From contig NC_069005.1 in assembly GCF_001194135.2 (NCBI RefSeq), positions 14,223,573-14,287,572 on the forward strand: 64,000 bases of DNA, given 5' to 3'. The first letter of the stretch is position 1. Every line of letters starts with the position of its first letter. Positions 39,193-50,794 of the stretch are shown here, in pieces. The DNA is from Octopus bimaculoides. Lineage: Eukaryota. Made by a program: the position numbers and the translations under genes. A model generated the notes under the pieces. The model had not been told where the DNA came from, did not search any database, and saw only the letters and a program-made list of their open reading frames with translations.

Positions 39193-39730
39193 CGAGCAGG
39201 ACCTGTGAATATTGCATGGAATTAATGGTAAACCTATTGGGTTATTCCTGAAAGCATTATCCAAAAATCCTGAAAGCGTAGCCTCTCTTGTATCTGTACA
39301 GATAGATAGTCGCTCATCTGCTACTCGTTGAAAAGTGAAAGAAATTGGAATACGATGATTACTTAATGCACTTTATATACTTTATGCACAATTTTATAAT
39401 AAATATTCACTCTTATTTTCCCATTTATAAGCCAAGGCAATAGATACACCTTTCAATTTGTGTACACCTTTCAATCCAATACTTCTTTGCAGACAACGTT
39501 CTTCATGCAAGCTCTCCCTCATCTTTTCCCTTGTTTGTCAGTGTTGATAACTTTAACTCTCTCATCAGATAATTTGAGAATGCAACATATAGCTGACCAT
39601 GGCCGAATACAGGTTCAGCCAAGAACAGTCCTACTTTATCAAATGTCTGCCCTTGTGATTTATTGATAGTCATTGCATTTGACAGGCAAACGGGAAACTG
39701 GTTTCTTACTAAAGTGAATGACAAGTTTGG
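39193..39730 (-). mobile_element. Helitron 3' remnant: RepHel PIF1-type helicase C-terminus plus 3' end
   Basis: ORF 39503..39724 reads [42 protein letters not shown], followed by [11 protein letters not shown]. Downstream sequence matches the Helitron terminus at 47955-48172. Confidence 0.85.
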
Positions 39731-41051
39731 GATGCAAATGTGTTAAGTGATAGGTGATGTAAAAAAAAAAAAAAGTTCAGTAAAAAAAAAAAAATCACTT
39801 TTCACTATGCACTCACCATCACCACCTCCACCACTATGACCACCATCATCTCTCTCTTTCTCACTCTCTCTCTCTCTGCTTTTCTTTAATCTCACCATCA
39901 GAAATCAACCCTCTGCTAAAATTATATTTCTAACTCTTCTCTATATCACGACCTTCAACAAACTTTTTTAACCACATAATAAATATTATGTTTACCCCTA
40001 GCACATGTCATGGACGCTTTTAATTCAAAACAATGTGTACAAATAAGCATGCTAAAGGGTTAAGGGGGCCTTCTTTATTATGTTTTAAATTAACAAAATC
40101 AAAGGGGTCCCCAAAACCTATTGACCCTGGGGCTTCACTAGATCTAAATTTGACTGGGTCCTGTATGTATGGATGTTAAGTTGAGGGGAGAGTAAAACTG
40201 TCTGGTTTCATTTCTCTATGTTCTGTATATTTTGCCTTTCATCTCTCAAAGTAATTCAAATCAATTTTAGTGAATTATGTAACCCCAACCTTCTAAATGT
40301 TTGGCCTAATGTTTCACCAAAATAAGTCAATATTAGCGTGTGTGTGTNNNNNNNNNNNNNNNNNNNNNNNNNNNNNNNNNNNNNNNNNNNNNNNNNNNNN
40401 NNNNNNNNNNNNNNNNNNNNNNNNNNNNNNNNNNNNNNNNNNNNNNNNNNNNNNNNNNNNNNNNNNNNNNNNNNNNNNNNNNNNNNNNNNNNNNNNNNNN
40501 NNNNNNNNNNNNNNNNNNNNNNNNNNNNNNNNNNNNNNNNNNNNNNNNNNNNNNNNNNNNNNNNNNNNNNNNNNNNNNNNNNNNNNNNNNNNNNNNNNNN
40601 NNNNNNNNNNNNNNNNNNNNNNNNNNNNNNNNNNNNNNNNNNNNNNNNNNNNNNNNNNNNNNNNNNNNNNNNNNNNNNNNNNNNNNNNNNNNNNNNNNNN
40701 NNNNNNNNNNNNNNNNNNNNNNNNNNNNNNNNNNNNNNNNNNNNNNNNNNNNNNNNNNNNNNNNNNNNNNNNNNNNNNNNNNNNNNNNNNNNNNNNNNNN
40801 NNNNNNNNNNNNNNNNNNNNNNNNNNNNNNNNNNNNNNNNNNNNNNNNNNNNNNNNNNNNNNNNNNNNNNNNNNNNNNNNNNNNNNNNNNNNNNNNNNNN
40901 NNNNNNNNNNNNNNNNNNNNNNNNNNNNNNNNNNNNNNNNNNNNNNNNNNNNNNNNNNNNNNNNNNNNNNNNNNNNNNNATTTGTGTGTGTGTGTGTGTA
41001 ATTTAGAGGAAAAAAAACCCCACTATTAATTAATTCAATAATGAAAAACGT

Positions 41052-41213
41052 TATTCACACCATCCAGAAAAATAAATATACTATAAAAATTATATTCTAA
41101 AAATCAATAAAGTACATAAAACAGTAAATGTTACTATTTATTGTTTTATGTACTTTATTGATTTTTAGAATAAGGTTTTTATAGTATATTTATTTTTCTA
41201 GATGGTGTGAATA
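41052..41213. repeat. AT-rich near-perfect palindrome (~78-bp arms, 6-nt loop GTTACT) in the last intron
   Basis: TATTCACACCATCCAGAAAAATAAATATACTATAAAAA...AAAACAGTAAAT is mirrored by ATTTATTGTTTT...TTTTTCTAGATGGTGTGAATA. Confidence 0.85.
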
Positions 41214-41416
41214 TTGTTTTCCTTTATGGAATTAATTAATAGAGGTTTTTTTCTCTAAATTATATACATATATTATTTATTGTGAAATTTGATTTAGAAT
41301 TGCTAAATTGAATTTTTCCCTGTAAGTTTTGGATTTATATTCCCTACTATTATTATTATAATATATATATAGCAATAATAAATTTCTGAGTGAGATATAA
41401 ACAGTAGCAGCACAGC

Positions 41417-41803
41417 ATTGTGAAGTATATTTGCCACCTAAATGTGGCTGACCCATATGGGACAATGCTACTGTAGTTTATAGCCCCAGGAAGATATCTC
41501 CTCCAACTGGCTAACAACGCACTGTCTGTTCCCGATCAGTATTTGCAAAGGGAAATCATTGTTCCCATCTCCAGCCTGATGTGATACGCACAGACCCAGG
41601 TTTCTGGGCAATAACCATGACAATCAGCATGTGACAATCACCGGCTAGGGATTAGAAGTGATATTTTCCCTTTGCAAATATTGATAGGGCACAGACAGTG
41701 TGTCATTAGCCAGCTGGAGGAGATGTCTTCCTGGGGCTATACACTACAGTAGCATCATCCCATATGGGTCAGCCACATTTAGGTGGCAAATATACTTCAC
41801 AAT
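41417..41803. repeat. 387-bp inverted repeat (MITE-like, ~160-bp arms) ending 78 nt upstream of the terminal exon
   Basis: ATTGTGAAGTATATTTGCCACCTAAATGTGGCTGACCCATATGGGA is exactly mirrored at 41758-41803; the arms stay complementary with scattered mismatches. No clear TSD. Confidence 0.88.
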
Positions 41804-41881
41804 ATATATGTATAAAATGTTTCTATTTCTTGACTAATGTTTGCTCTGCACTAATCCTTTGTTTTTTTTCTCTTTGAATAG

Positions 41882-42629
41882 GAAGAAGATTGCTGATCAT
41901 ATTGATGAATTCCATCAAGCGCCACTGAAGATTGTTGTAGATAAAAACTTCAAGAAATATCAAATGGTATTTCCTTCATTGGGTGCCAGCAGAGAAAAGT
42001 TCCGTAGTAAGGGCATGACAGACATGTACCGTCACCGAAGAGCAAGTGGCAGTACCAGAAACAAAGTTATCAACCTTGACGACTCCGATGATTCTGACGA
42101 CTCCGAGTCGACGTCTGACTGGCGGCCTTCCTCTGAGAGCGATGACGATGATTACATCACACGATACTGCTGTTGTTATTGTTCGATGCGAACACATGAC
42201 TATGAGCGCTTCCGTAAGCACATTGCTAAACATTCCAGAAGCTGTGAGGAGCTTCAGTGTCAGAGTTGCTCATACCGTACGCATGATACGTACAAGTTTG
42301 AGCATCACCTCAAGAAGCATCCAAGGGAGCATTTTTGTGGCTACTGCAACTTCTCGTCGATGCAAGAGTCCTTTGTGCAGCTGCATGTTCGGCGATTGCA
42401 TCCTAAAAAACCAATTCAGATTCATAGTCGTAGCAAAGCTGCTGCAGCCAGCAACAGGACTCTGCCATCTGCGGTGGTGCCAGCCAATTTCAATGTGCGT
42501 GTTGTTCTAAAAGACTTCCTGGCACTTGACACTCTGGAATTTGATTCCTTAATGAAAGCCAATTTCATTCACAGCATTGATCTTGAAGACATTGTTCTTG
42601 AAGAAGATAAACTGTTGTCTGTATTGTGA
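41882..42629 (+). CDS. Terminal coding exon of the zinc-finger gene: second half of the split finger, an acidic/Ser patch and three more C2H2 fingers
   Basis: ORF 41841..42629 is in the frame required by the splice. Fingers: CCYCSMRTHDYERFRKHIAKH, CQSCSYRTHDTYKFEHHLKKH, CGYCNFSSMQESFVQLHVRRLH. Stop TGA at 42627-42629. Confidence 0.9.
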
Positions 42630-42782
42630 TCTCTCCATCACTCCTTCTCCTCCTCCTACTCCTCCTCCTACTCCTTCTCCTCTCTGAAGAAGAGGGGTGG
42701 GTTTTAACAAACAAACAAACACACCCTTTCCTAGCCCCTTCCCCCCTGCTGTACATAGTACCATTGGTTGATAATGTAGCCA

Positions 42783-42788
42783 AATAAA
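42783..42788 (+). terminator. Candidate proximal polyadenylation signal AATAAA
   Basis: First AATAAA, about 150 nt after the stop codon. The UTR may extend further, since another AATAAA lies at 44229. Confidence 0.35.
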
Positions 42789-43544
42789 AGTCTAGACAAA
42801 TACTATAACCAAGATGGAGAAAAATAAGAAAAGAAAACAAAAAAAAAACTTGGTTGGCTGATGAACTTACAAAAAATTTTTTTTTTTTTAAACCTGTGTT
42901 TTATTTTTCAAATTCTTCTGTGAAGAATTAGTGGCCGTTTGCTTCAATAAGATTAGGAAGAATCTGAGCAGGAACCACCAACCTTGAAATGGTTCTTAAT
43001 GTGATTCATTTCCATTGGAATATAATTTGAAGTTTAAAGTTCTGAATCTCTCTCTCTCTCACCGTGGCATGTGGTCTATAACTAGTGTCACAAAGCTTAA
43101 GTTAAAACAGTTTCCTCCTGTGACATTTGTTGATTAAGGACCAGCTTCTTTACTTCAAACATCCTGGTTTTCATCCTACCCTCCCATCCACCCACCAACT
43201 GTAAACATGTTTGTGCGTGTGCACAGAATGCACTCGCATCCACCAAAGTCAATTCTCCTCCCAGAATCCTGTTTTGGGCTGGGCATATTACAGGTGATCG
43301 ATCATCAATATATGTGTCACCTGTAGTGTTAATTGGCGAAAATTGTAATCATACCTTAAGTTGGAACAAGGGAGAAGTAATAATGACACCTTGCCCCACA
43401 CCCAAACCCCAATCCTGACCCATGCATGTACCAGCCCTGTTGAGACAGGCACCAAAACCCACCTTTAAACCTGATAAAAACCCATTTTGAAGATATCATT
43501 AAAAGAAATGAAAACACCAAAAGGCATTCATTTAAAGCTGTTAA

Positions 43545-43552
43545 ATGTCTGC

Positions 43553-43584
<32 letters not shown>

Positions 43585-43613
43585 CACACATGTATATTAG
43601 TGCACATACATGG

Positions 43614-43659
<46 letters not shown>

Positions 43660-43890
43660 GTATGTATATACACATATATGCATGTATATGTGTGTATATA
43701 CACATATGCATGTATATGTGTGTATATGCACATATATGCATGTATATATAAATGTGTGTGTGTGTATATATATATATAATGATACTGAATATGTATGTGT
43801 GATGTTATGTATATATCTGGCATGTAAGTATGTAGATAGGTGTGATGTTATGTATATTTGGCACCAAGTGTGTATGTATGTATGTAGATA
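43545..43890. repeat. Compound (TA)n/(TG)n/(CA)n microsatellite
   Basis: Read directly; it generates several spurious YI/CV-rich ORFs. Confidence 0.9.
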
Positions 43891-44619
43891 TTAATGGCTG
43901 CAAGGTTAAGGTGCTAGATTTACAGACCAGATGGTCATGTGTTCAAACCTTGCTAGTGCAGCCAGTGTACTGTTGTGCTGCTCCTGAGCAAAGGCAAAGC
44001 AGAGCAAATAATGAAATGAGCTCCGCTTGTTCCTGTGTTTTGCCTGACTTAATTTTAAACAGGTCTCTACTACCTGATTCACTGTTTGAGTGGTTAGTGG
44101 TAGGAAGGGCAAGCATTTGTAGGTGTGAAAAATAATTGCTCCAACAAAAAAAAAAAAATCCATCCCACCCATACAAGCATAGAAAACGAAAAAAAATTCA
44201 CAAAAAAAATGGATGTAAAACAGCAACAAATAAAAATGTTATTAAAACCGTCGCGTCACAAAAAAAAAATCAAGATTTTGGACTTGCTTGTACCTCATTC
44301 CAGGTAATAACAGCATGTCGTAATATCTCCAAGACCCCGTTCCCATGATTTTTCTATCTTCCTTTTATTTTACTTTGTTTTGTTAATTTTTTTGTTTTCT
44401 AGGTCACAGTTAGAAAGCAAGGGAGGTTGGAAGACAAAACTTTTTTGTCCTGTTTAATATGAAAGAATTTACTGTGTACCAGATCTTGGCCATTTTGATG
44501 AAAATAACTGATTATTGTTGTTCTCTAGCCCCAAACAAGACCCCACCCAATACATGCTGTGATCAAAAGTGTTCCAAACTTGACAGTCCCAATTTGTCTT
44601 TTCTTTCAGATGTTTTATG

Positions 44620-45360
44620 TCTACATATACCTTATCCAAAATGTTCTCCGACACCACTTTTTTTTAATATGGTAAAGTATGACATGAAGATGCAGGGATT
44701 TGCTTGCTATTTCTAGCATTTCGAGACTAGGTGTACCTTATCTAAAATGTTCTTTCCTCCTAAACTCTAATTTTTGTTTAATCATATGGTAAAGTGTGAT
44801 ATGAAGGCACAAGGATTTGCTTGCTATTTCCAGCAGTTCAGGACAAAGTGTACCTTATTCAAACTTTCTTCCTTGCTTCTATTTTTCTTTCTAATCGTAA
44901 GGTGTGATATGAAGTTGCAGGGATTTGCTTGCTATTTTTAGCAGTTCAGGATGAAAGTCAAAAATTATTTATTAACAATGGAGGCAGTATTAATACAGAG
45001 AGGTGATATTTATCCCCATTTAAATGTGGATGTTCTGTTGGAACAAACTCTCATGTTGGCTTTTGGTGTAAAATGCACTCTTGCTTATCACTAGATTCCC
45101 ACCACCTCCAGTGACAAAACCAACAGGTCACGTGATTTCAACCTTCCTTGGTCTTGTCAATGATGGATGCTCAACGACTAGAGATAGCAGCAATTCATCT
45201 CCGCTAGTGATATTTGGAATAACAGTGCCAGAACAGACACTGGTATCACCACTCCAATTTTTGGTTTTAATATGGTAAAGTGTGATATGAGGGCACAGGG
45301 ACTTGTTTGCTATTTCTAGCAGCTCAGGACAAGGTGTCCTTTATCCAAAGTGTCCTTTCC
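44620..45360. repeat. Degenerate ~115-120-bp local repeat, about four copies
   Basis: ATATGGTAAAGTGTGATATGAAGGCACAGGGATTTGCTTGCTATTTCTAGCAGTTCAGGACAAGGTGTACCTTATC-like blocks at ~44667, ~44784, ~44897 and ~45270. Confidence 0.75.
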
Positions 45361-46077
45361 TTCTCATTCCAAAGCATGGCAAGCTGGCAGAATCATTCGC
45401 ATGCCAACGTCAGCTTTGCCTCTCATCCTTTCAAGGCTAATAAAACAAGTACCAGTTGATATAATCGACTAACACCCTCCCCTGAAATTGCTGACCTTGT
45501 GCCAAAATTTAAAACCAACACAGTGTTACTGATCTATTTGCTATTTTTAGCAGCTCAGTAACACCCTCCACTCCTTATATGCTCTTTTGTTCATGTGAGC
45601 GACGGAGAGGGATGTTTTTGTGTGTGTGTGCGCATGCATGCATCTAAATCAGCTATTGTTAAGGTTTCATTATACTAAAAACGTTTTTCTTTTATATGAA
45701 AACAGGTTTTTGCAGTTTATGGTTATTACTACTACCATGAAAAACCATATGAACCCCATTTATTGAGTGTTGTGAAAGTTCTTTACTGCCATAGATATCT
45801 GCTCTGGTTGTTTAAATCCTAAACTTGCTTGAAAGCACATTTAAGATGATATTGCTTGGAGTGGGTGTCAAAAACTGAAACTAAGCACTGCTCTGTGCAA
45901 GAAACAAAGTTTGACCTCATTTTAGAAAGAAGTTCCTGTTTGCATATTTGCCCCGTGTGCATTTAATGTTTTTCTTCCTTCAGTTTTTGAGCTTAACCCT
46001 ATGTCTGTTCAAAGCCTTTTCATATGGTCTGCATAACAGCTTCCCATTTATTCTGGTGGTTGAGAAAAATTGGTCAT

Positions 46078-46510
46078 CATCATCATCCTCATCATCATCG
46101 TTTGACGTTTGCCTTCCATGCTAGCATGGGTTGGACGATTTGACTGAGGACTGGTGAAACCAGATGGCTACACCAGGCTCCAATCTGATTTGGCAGAGTT
46201 TCTACAGCTGGATGCCCTTCCTAACGCCAACCACTCCAAGAGTGTAGTGGGTGCTTTTACGTGTCACCCGCACGAAGGCCAGTCAGGCGGTACTGGCAAC
46301 GGCCACGCTCAAACTGGTGTATTTTATGTGCCAGGGGCACTTGCAACGATCTCGCTCGAAAATCCTTACACATGTCACGGGCACAAGTGCCAGGAAGGTG
46401 ATGCTGGGCACAGGTGCCAGGAAGGTGATGCTGGGCACAGGTGCCAGGAAGGTGATGCTGGGCACAGGTGCCAGGAAGGTGATGCTGGGCACAGGTGCCA
46501 TCCCGATTTC
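46078..46510 (-). mobile_element. RTE-type 3' tail repeat ending in (GAT)n; related copies at 11170-11520, 33900-34125 (opposite strand), 54205-54480, 55878-56340 and 59650-59780
   Basis: CATCATCATCGTTTGACGTTTGCCTTCCATGCTAGCATGGGTTGGAC ... GGATGCCCTTCCTAACGCCAACC recurs across the window. Assignment to RTE is from recall. Confidence 0.65.
46380..46500. repeat. 27-bp minisatellite, 4.5 copies (GGCACAGGTGCCAGGAAGGTGATGCTG)
   Basis: Units start at 46380, 46407, 46434, 46461 and 46488 (partial); there are no spacers. Confidence 0.95.
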
Positions 46511-46639
46511 GCTTTTGGTTATGTGTATCATATATGGTGCATGGGCTCCAGGGAAATATGCCCTGTGTATCACATGTGGTAATACAGGACAGGCAAAGGA
46601 TTGATGTCAGTTACCTCAAGCAGAACTGAAGGATTATTA

Positions 46640-47070
46640 TTGAGGCAGCAAAATGCAATGAACGGAGAGAACCATTAACACGCTTGGTGAAAGGCTCAGC
46701 AGCATTTCATCTGTCTACACGTTCTGAGCTCAAATTCCACCAAAGTTGACTTTGTCTTTCATCCTTTCAGGATAAAATAAGTAGCAATCAAGTACTGAAG
46801 TTGATGCAATCAACTTTGCTTCCCTTCAAAAGCTACTGACCCTCTACCAAAATTTGAACCCATAATTTAGGCAGCAATCTGGGAAAATCATTGTAGCATT
46901 GGATAAAATGCTTTGCAATATTTTTCACCATTTTATAATCTGAGTGCAAATCTGGGGTGAAGTCAACTTGGCCTTTCAACTCTTTGGGAGCAGTAAAATA
47001 CAGTAGCAGTCAAGTACTGTGGTGTAAAAGCTACCAACTGTTCCTTTCACCCTAAATTAGAAACCATCAT
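46640..47070 (+). mobile_element. Two decayed family A SINEs; other copies at 16610-16730 (-) and 45385-45520 (+)
   Basis: GTTCTGAGCTCAAATTCCACCAAAGTTGACTTTGTCTTTCATCCTTTCAGGATAAAATAAGTA. Confidence 0.7.
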
Positions 47071-47513
47071 TTGATACTATTTGTTAGCCCAGATATTTAT
47101 GTCTCATCAATATATGTGAAAATATTTGTGTGTAATCAACTTAACTGTATTCAATCAAACTTGGCAGGTGAAAGGACAACAGGTTAAGAAAAAAAAGAAA
47201 AAAAATGTCCTGCAATAGTTATTTTCATAATTTTTATATGGATTAACTACATTTTGTTAAAATCTTTAGTTAAAAAGCTAAGCAAAACTATTGATTTGGC
47301 TAAGTCTGTTCAAGGTGTGAGTATTAAGTACAAAAGAAAAGGGAGGGCAACCCTGAACTGCTTGGGTTAAGTGTGGAGAAACTGTCACATTTAATTGGAA
47401 ACCAAGTGTTTCATGCTCAGCCTTTATATAATCAAATTTCATAGTTTTATTTATATATCATGTAAAATCTTGTTTTTATATAGCACATCCACCTATTTTA
47501 AGTCAAATTTAGT

Positions 47514-47572
<59 letters not shown>

Positions 47573-47666
47573 NNNNNNNNNNAATCAAATTTCATAGTTT
47601 TATTTATATATCATGTAAAATCTTGTTTTTATATAGCACATCCACCTATTTTAAGTCAAATTTAGT

Positions 47667-47724
<58 letters not shown>

Positions 47725-47954
47725 GAAAGATAGTGATGCAGATAAACATGATTAAGCTTGATCTTATCATAATTTTGCTTGTTCATTTGTTACTTAGCCC
47801 ATTCATAACACTTCTGTGTGACTAGTTGAAGGGAGAGGTGGTGGTGATTGAAACGTGTAATTTTTTTTTCCCCCTCTGTTACTTAGCCCGTCTGAAACAC
47901 TTTCACATGATTAGTTGAAGGGAAAAGCAAAGAGCAAAAGAAAAAGAAAGGGCT

Positions 47955-48172
47955 GTGTATTAAGTCTATAAAACTGCACATAAAATATATAAAGTGTATT
48001 AAGTAATCATCATATTCTAATTTCCTTCACTTTTCAAAGATTAGCAGGTGAGCGACTGCCTTTTGATATGGACACAGCACAGGCTACACTTTCAGGTTTT
48101 TTGGATAAAGTTTTCAGAAATAACCCAATAAGGTTACCGTTAATTCTGTGAGATATTCACAGGTCCCACTAG
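47955..48172 (+). mobile_element. Helitron 3' terminus, non-coding copy
   Basis: Subterminal hairpin CTGTGA-GATAT-TCACAG (48146-48162), then CTAG at 48169-48172 followed by T. Homologous to the reverse complement of 39193-39420. Confidence 0.8.
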
Positions 48173-48231
48173 TATATATAAACATAGGTACATATAGATA
48201 CATACAACTAAATATATTCAGAAGATAAGTA

Positions 48232-49402
48232 CACACACAACAGAAGTAAATAGACCCTTATAATCATTGAAATTTATTTAAATCTGAAATTATACAATCA
48301 AATTATTGTTATAATGTGAAGATTTAATATTTAGTAGACATGCCCTTTGCATTTCTCAATGCAAGGACCCTATTAGGCATGTTACTGATCAGATGACTAG
48401 TATTCTCTTGCAGAATTTCTTACCAAGCTTCATGCTGTAATCTCAAAAGATCTAACTTTGAAGATGATTTCTTGTTCCTTTTATGAAGTGTTCAGTCCAT
48501 TATGTCCCAGAGGTGTTCAATAGAGTTCATATCTGGTGACTGGCTTGGTTATGGAAGCTTTTTAATGCCATTCTCGTCCAACAAATCATGTGTTATTTTA
48601 GCCATGTGACAAGGAGCCCCATCTTCCATAAATAGTCTTCTTTAATCATTTCACCACTGGAGAAGATTGGAAGGAGTCCTTTCTGCAATATGGACACATA
48701 TTTATCTGAGTTTATGACTCCCTCACATTCCACCAGCTCTGAGCAACAATTCTTCCTCAGACCATCACAGAATAGCTGTTTCATTGTTGGCTGCAATCTT
48801 TTCACATCAAATTCTTTGATCACAGAGTCTCCAGACCCACACTTGACCATTGGGCTCACCAGAGAATATGACAGCGTCCCAAAATGCTAGTGGCCTCTCC
48901 AGCATCTCACTGTTCCAATCTTTTCTCCGCTTGATGTTGGCTGGTCAAAGAAGTAGCTTCCTTCCTACTGCTTTGCCATGTTAACCAAGTTTGTGGAGAT
49001 ACCTGACAGCTGTTCTGGGACTGACATCAACTTGTTCTGTGTCAGAAGTCTTGCAACGAGGATTATCCTCCACACTTCTCTAAGCAAAGAGAAGGGTCCT
49101 GTCAGAGAGCCCTGATTGAGGTGGTGTGGACTCCTTTCCCCCTCAGGTGAATTGCACAATCACTCTATTAATGGTAGAAAGCATTTTATGCTATGTCCAC
49201 TTTCAGAATGACCCACAATACAGCCTCTTTGAAATTCAGACAGTTTCAAGGCTTCTTTTGTAAATGGCATGATTAAACAGTCATATATAGAACCTGAAGC
49301 ATGAAAATGTCAATTGATAAAAAAAATAAACCATTACAAGTTAGAATAAACATAAAACAATGTTTTATGGGTTGTCTATTTACTTCTGTTGTGTGTGTGT
49401 GT
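48232..49402 (-). mobile_element. Decayed Tc1-family transposon with TIRs; transposase remnant ~49270-48324
   Basis: Inverted ends CACACACAACAGAAGTAAATAGAC ... GTCTATTTACTTCTGTTGTGTGTG next to TA. N-terminus MPFTKEALKLSEFQRGCIVG; EGVINSDKYVSIL; QSPDMNSIEHLWD motif (DD34E type); several frameshifts and stops. Confidence 0.82.
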
Positions 49403-49542
49403 TATATAGCACATAAAAAATACAGAATACTAAGAAGATAATGCAAAAACCAAGCATTCTATGTATTTTTATGCTCTTTGTAAATTTACACATATATCTC
49501 ACAATCTACATGCTTATATGTGTACCTGTATATATGATTATA

Positions 49543-50788
49543 TTGGGTCATCCTTATAAATAATGCGTGTTTTTTTTAAATATTTTATTCTTCAATATTA
49601 AGATAAAGTTCTTTTTTTTTATCTAAAATATACTCTCCTTCATTTTCTACAATGCTCTTCCATCTATCTGGTAGACTTGCAAGGCCCCTCTTCCAAAATT
49701 CATTTGTCTGTGATAAAAAATACTCCTCCAGTATTGTTCTGACCTCGTCTACAGAATTCATATTTTTTCCATCCAAATGATTTTTAAGACTGCGAAATAA
49801 ATGATAGTCAGATGGGGCAATGTCTGGCAAATATTGTAGGTGGGGCATCGTTTCCAATTCAAATTGCTCCAGCCTTTCGAATGTCATCTTCGCTGTATGT
49901 GACCAAGCATTATCCTAATGGAAGCACACCTTTCGTCTTGAAGCCAAAGATGGTGGTCTTTCTTCTAGTGCTGACATAAGCTGCTCACAGTAGATCTCCT
50001 TTATTGTTTGGTTTGGGTTTAAAAGTTTTAAGTGGACTAAACCTTTCATATCCCACCAAATGGATAGCAACACCTTACGTAGGGTTCCAGTGTTTCTCCT
50101 TTCCTTACGCACTGTCTTCAGCACTTGACATTTTTATAGAGAACCCATTTCTCATCAATATTCAGTCTAGAAAAGGTTCATTCGTGAGACGTGACATCAA
50201 AGAAGAGCACATATTCACTCTCTGTGCATGATTAGACTCAGAAAGTTTGTGCGGAACCTGTTGCCACAATTTTCTGGCTTTTCCAATGGCTACCAGGTGT
50301 CATTGAATGGTTGAATGACCAAATCCAAGCTTCTCTGCTGGTTCCTCAACACTTATGATGGAATTTTGTTCCACCAGGCTTTGCAGCATGTCCTCGTTGA
50401 GCTCTACAGATCTTCCAGGACAAGGCTTGTCTTCTAGGCTGTAGTTTCCAGCTCGGAATTTCTGGAACCACTGTTGACACTGGCTTATGCTTATTGCCCA
50501 GTCCCCATATACTGCATTAATACTCCTCGCACCTTCCATTGCATTGTTTCCTTTATTGAACTTATAAAGCGAAATATGCCAAATATGCTCCTTTCTCACT
50601 TCCATTATAACTTTGAAAAAATAACTGCTAAAATCGAACTGCACTCTTCAAAACTTGTACCAAGAATAAGGACAAGGTAAACTTACTACCAGCTTTTATA
50701 GCAAGTTGATGCAGGTAGTTTATCCTGTCCCCCTCCGACTTTTAGGTTATGCAATTGAAAAAACTGCATTATTTATGGGATGACCCAA
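49543..50788 (-). mobile_element. Second full-length-size mariner (1,246 bp), different subfamily, pseudogenised; ATG at 50605
   Basis: TIRs TTGGGTCATCC(T)TATAAATAATGC with TA on both sides. Fragmented ORFs MEVRKEHIWHISLYKFNKG, KVLLSIWWDMKG and PDIAPSDYHLFRSL ... RWKSIVENEGEYILD. Confidence 0.92.
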
Positions 50789-50794
50789 TATGTT

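Larger units (their letters stand above)
29408..41881 (+). other. 12,474-nt phase-2 GT-AG intron of the zinc-finger gene, filled with transposable elements
   Basis: Donor GTAAGT at 29408; branch-like TGACTAA at 41831 and CACTAAT at 41850; pyrimidine tract and TAG at 41879-41881. CG+G gives Arg and joins CGYCLFRAYSR to KKIADHIDEFH in frame, forming C-x2-C-x12-H-x4-H. Confidence 0.9.

Noticed and set aside
46380-46500. CRISPR-like array with palindromic 27-bp repeats
   Set aside because: No spacers, no cas genes, eukaryotic context; it is a plain minisatellite.
47429-47710. Direct repeat flanking the 47573-47582 gap
   Set aside because: Same artefact pattern; the copies differ only in (TA)n length, probably reflecting alleles.
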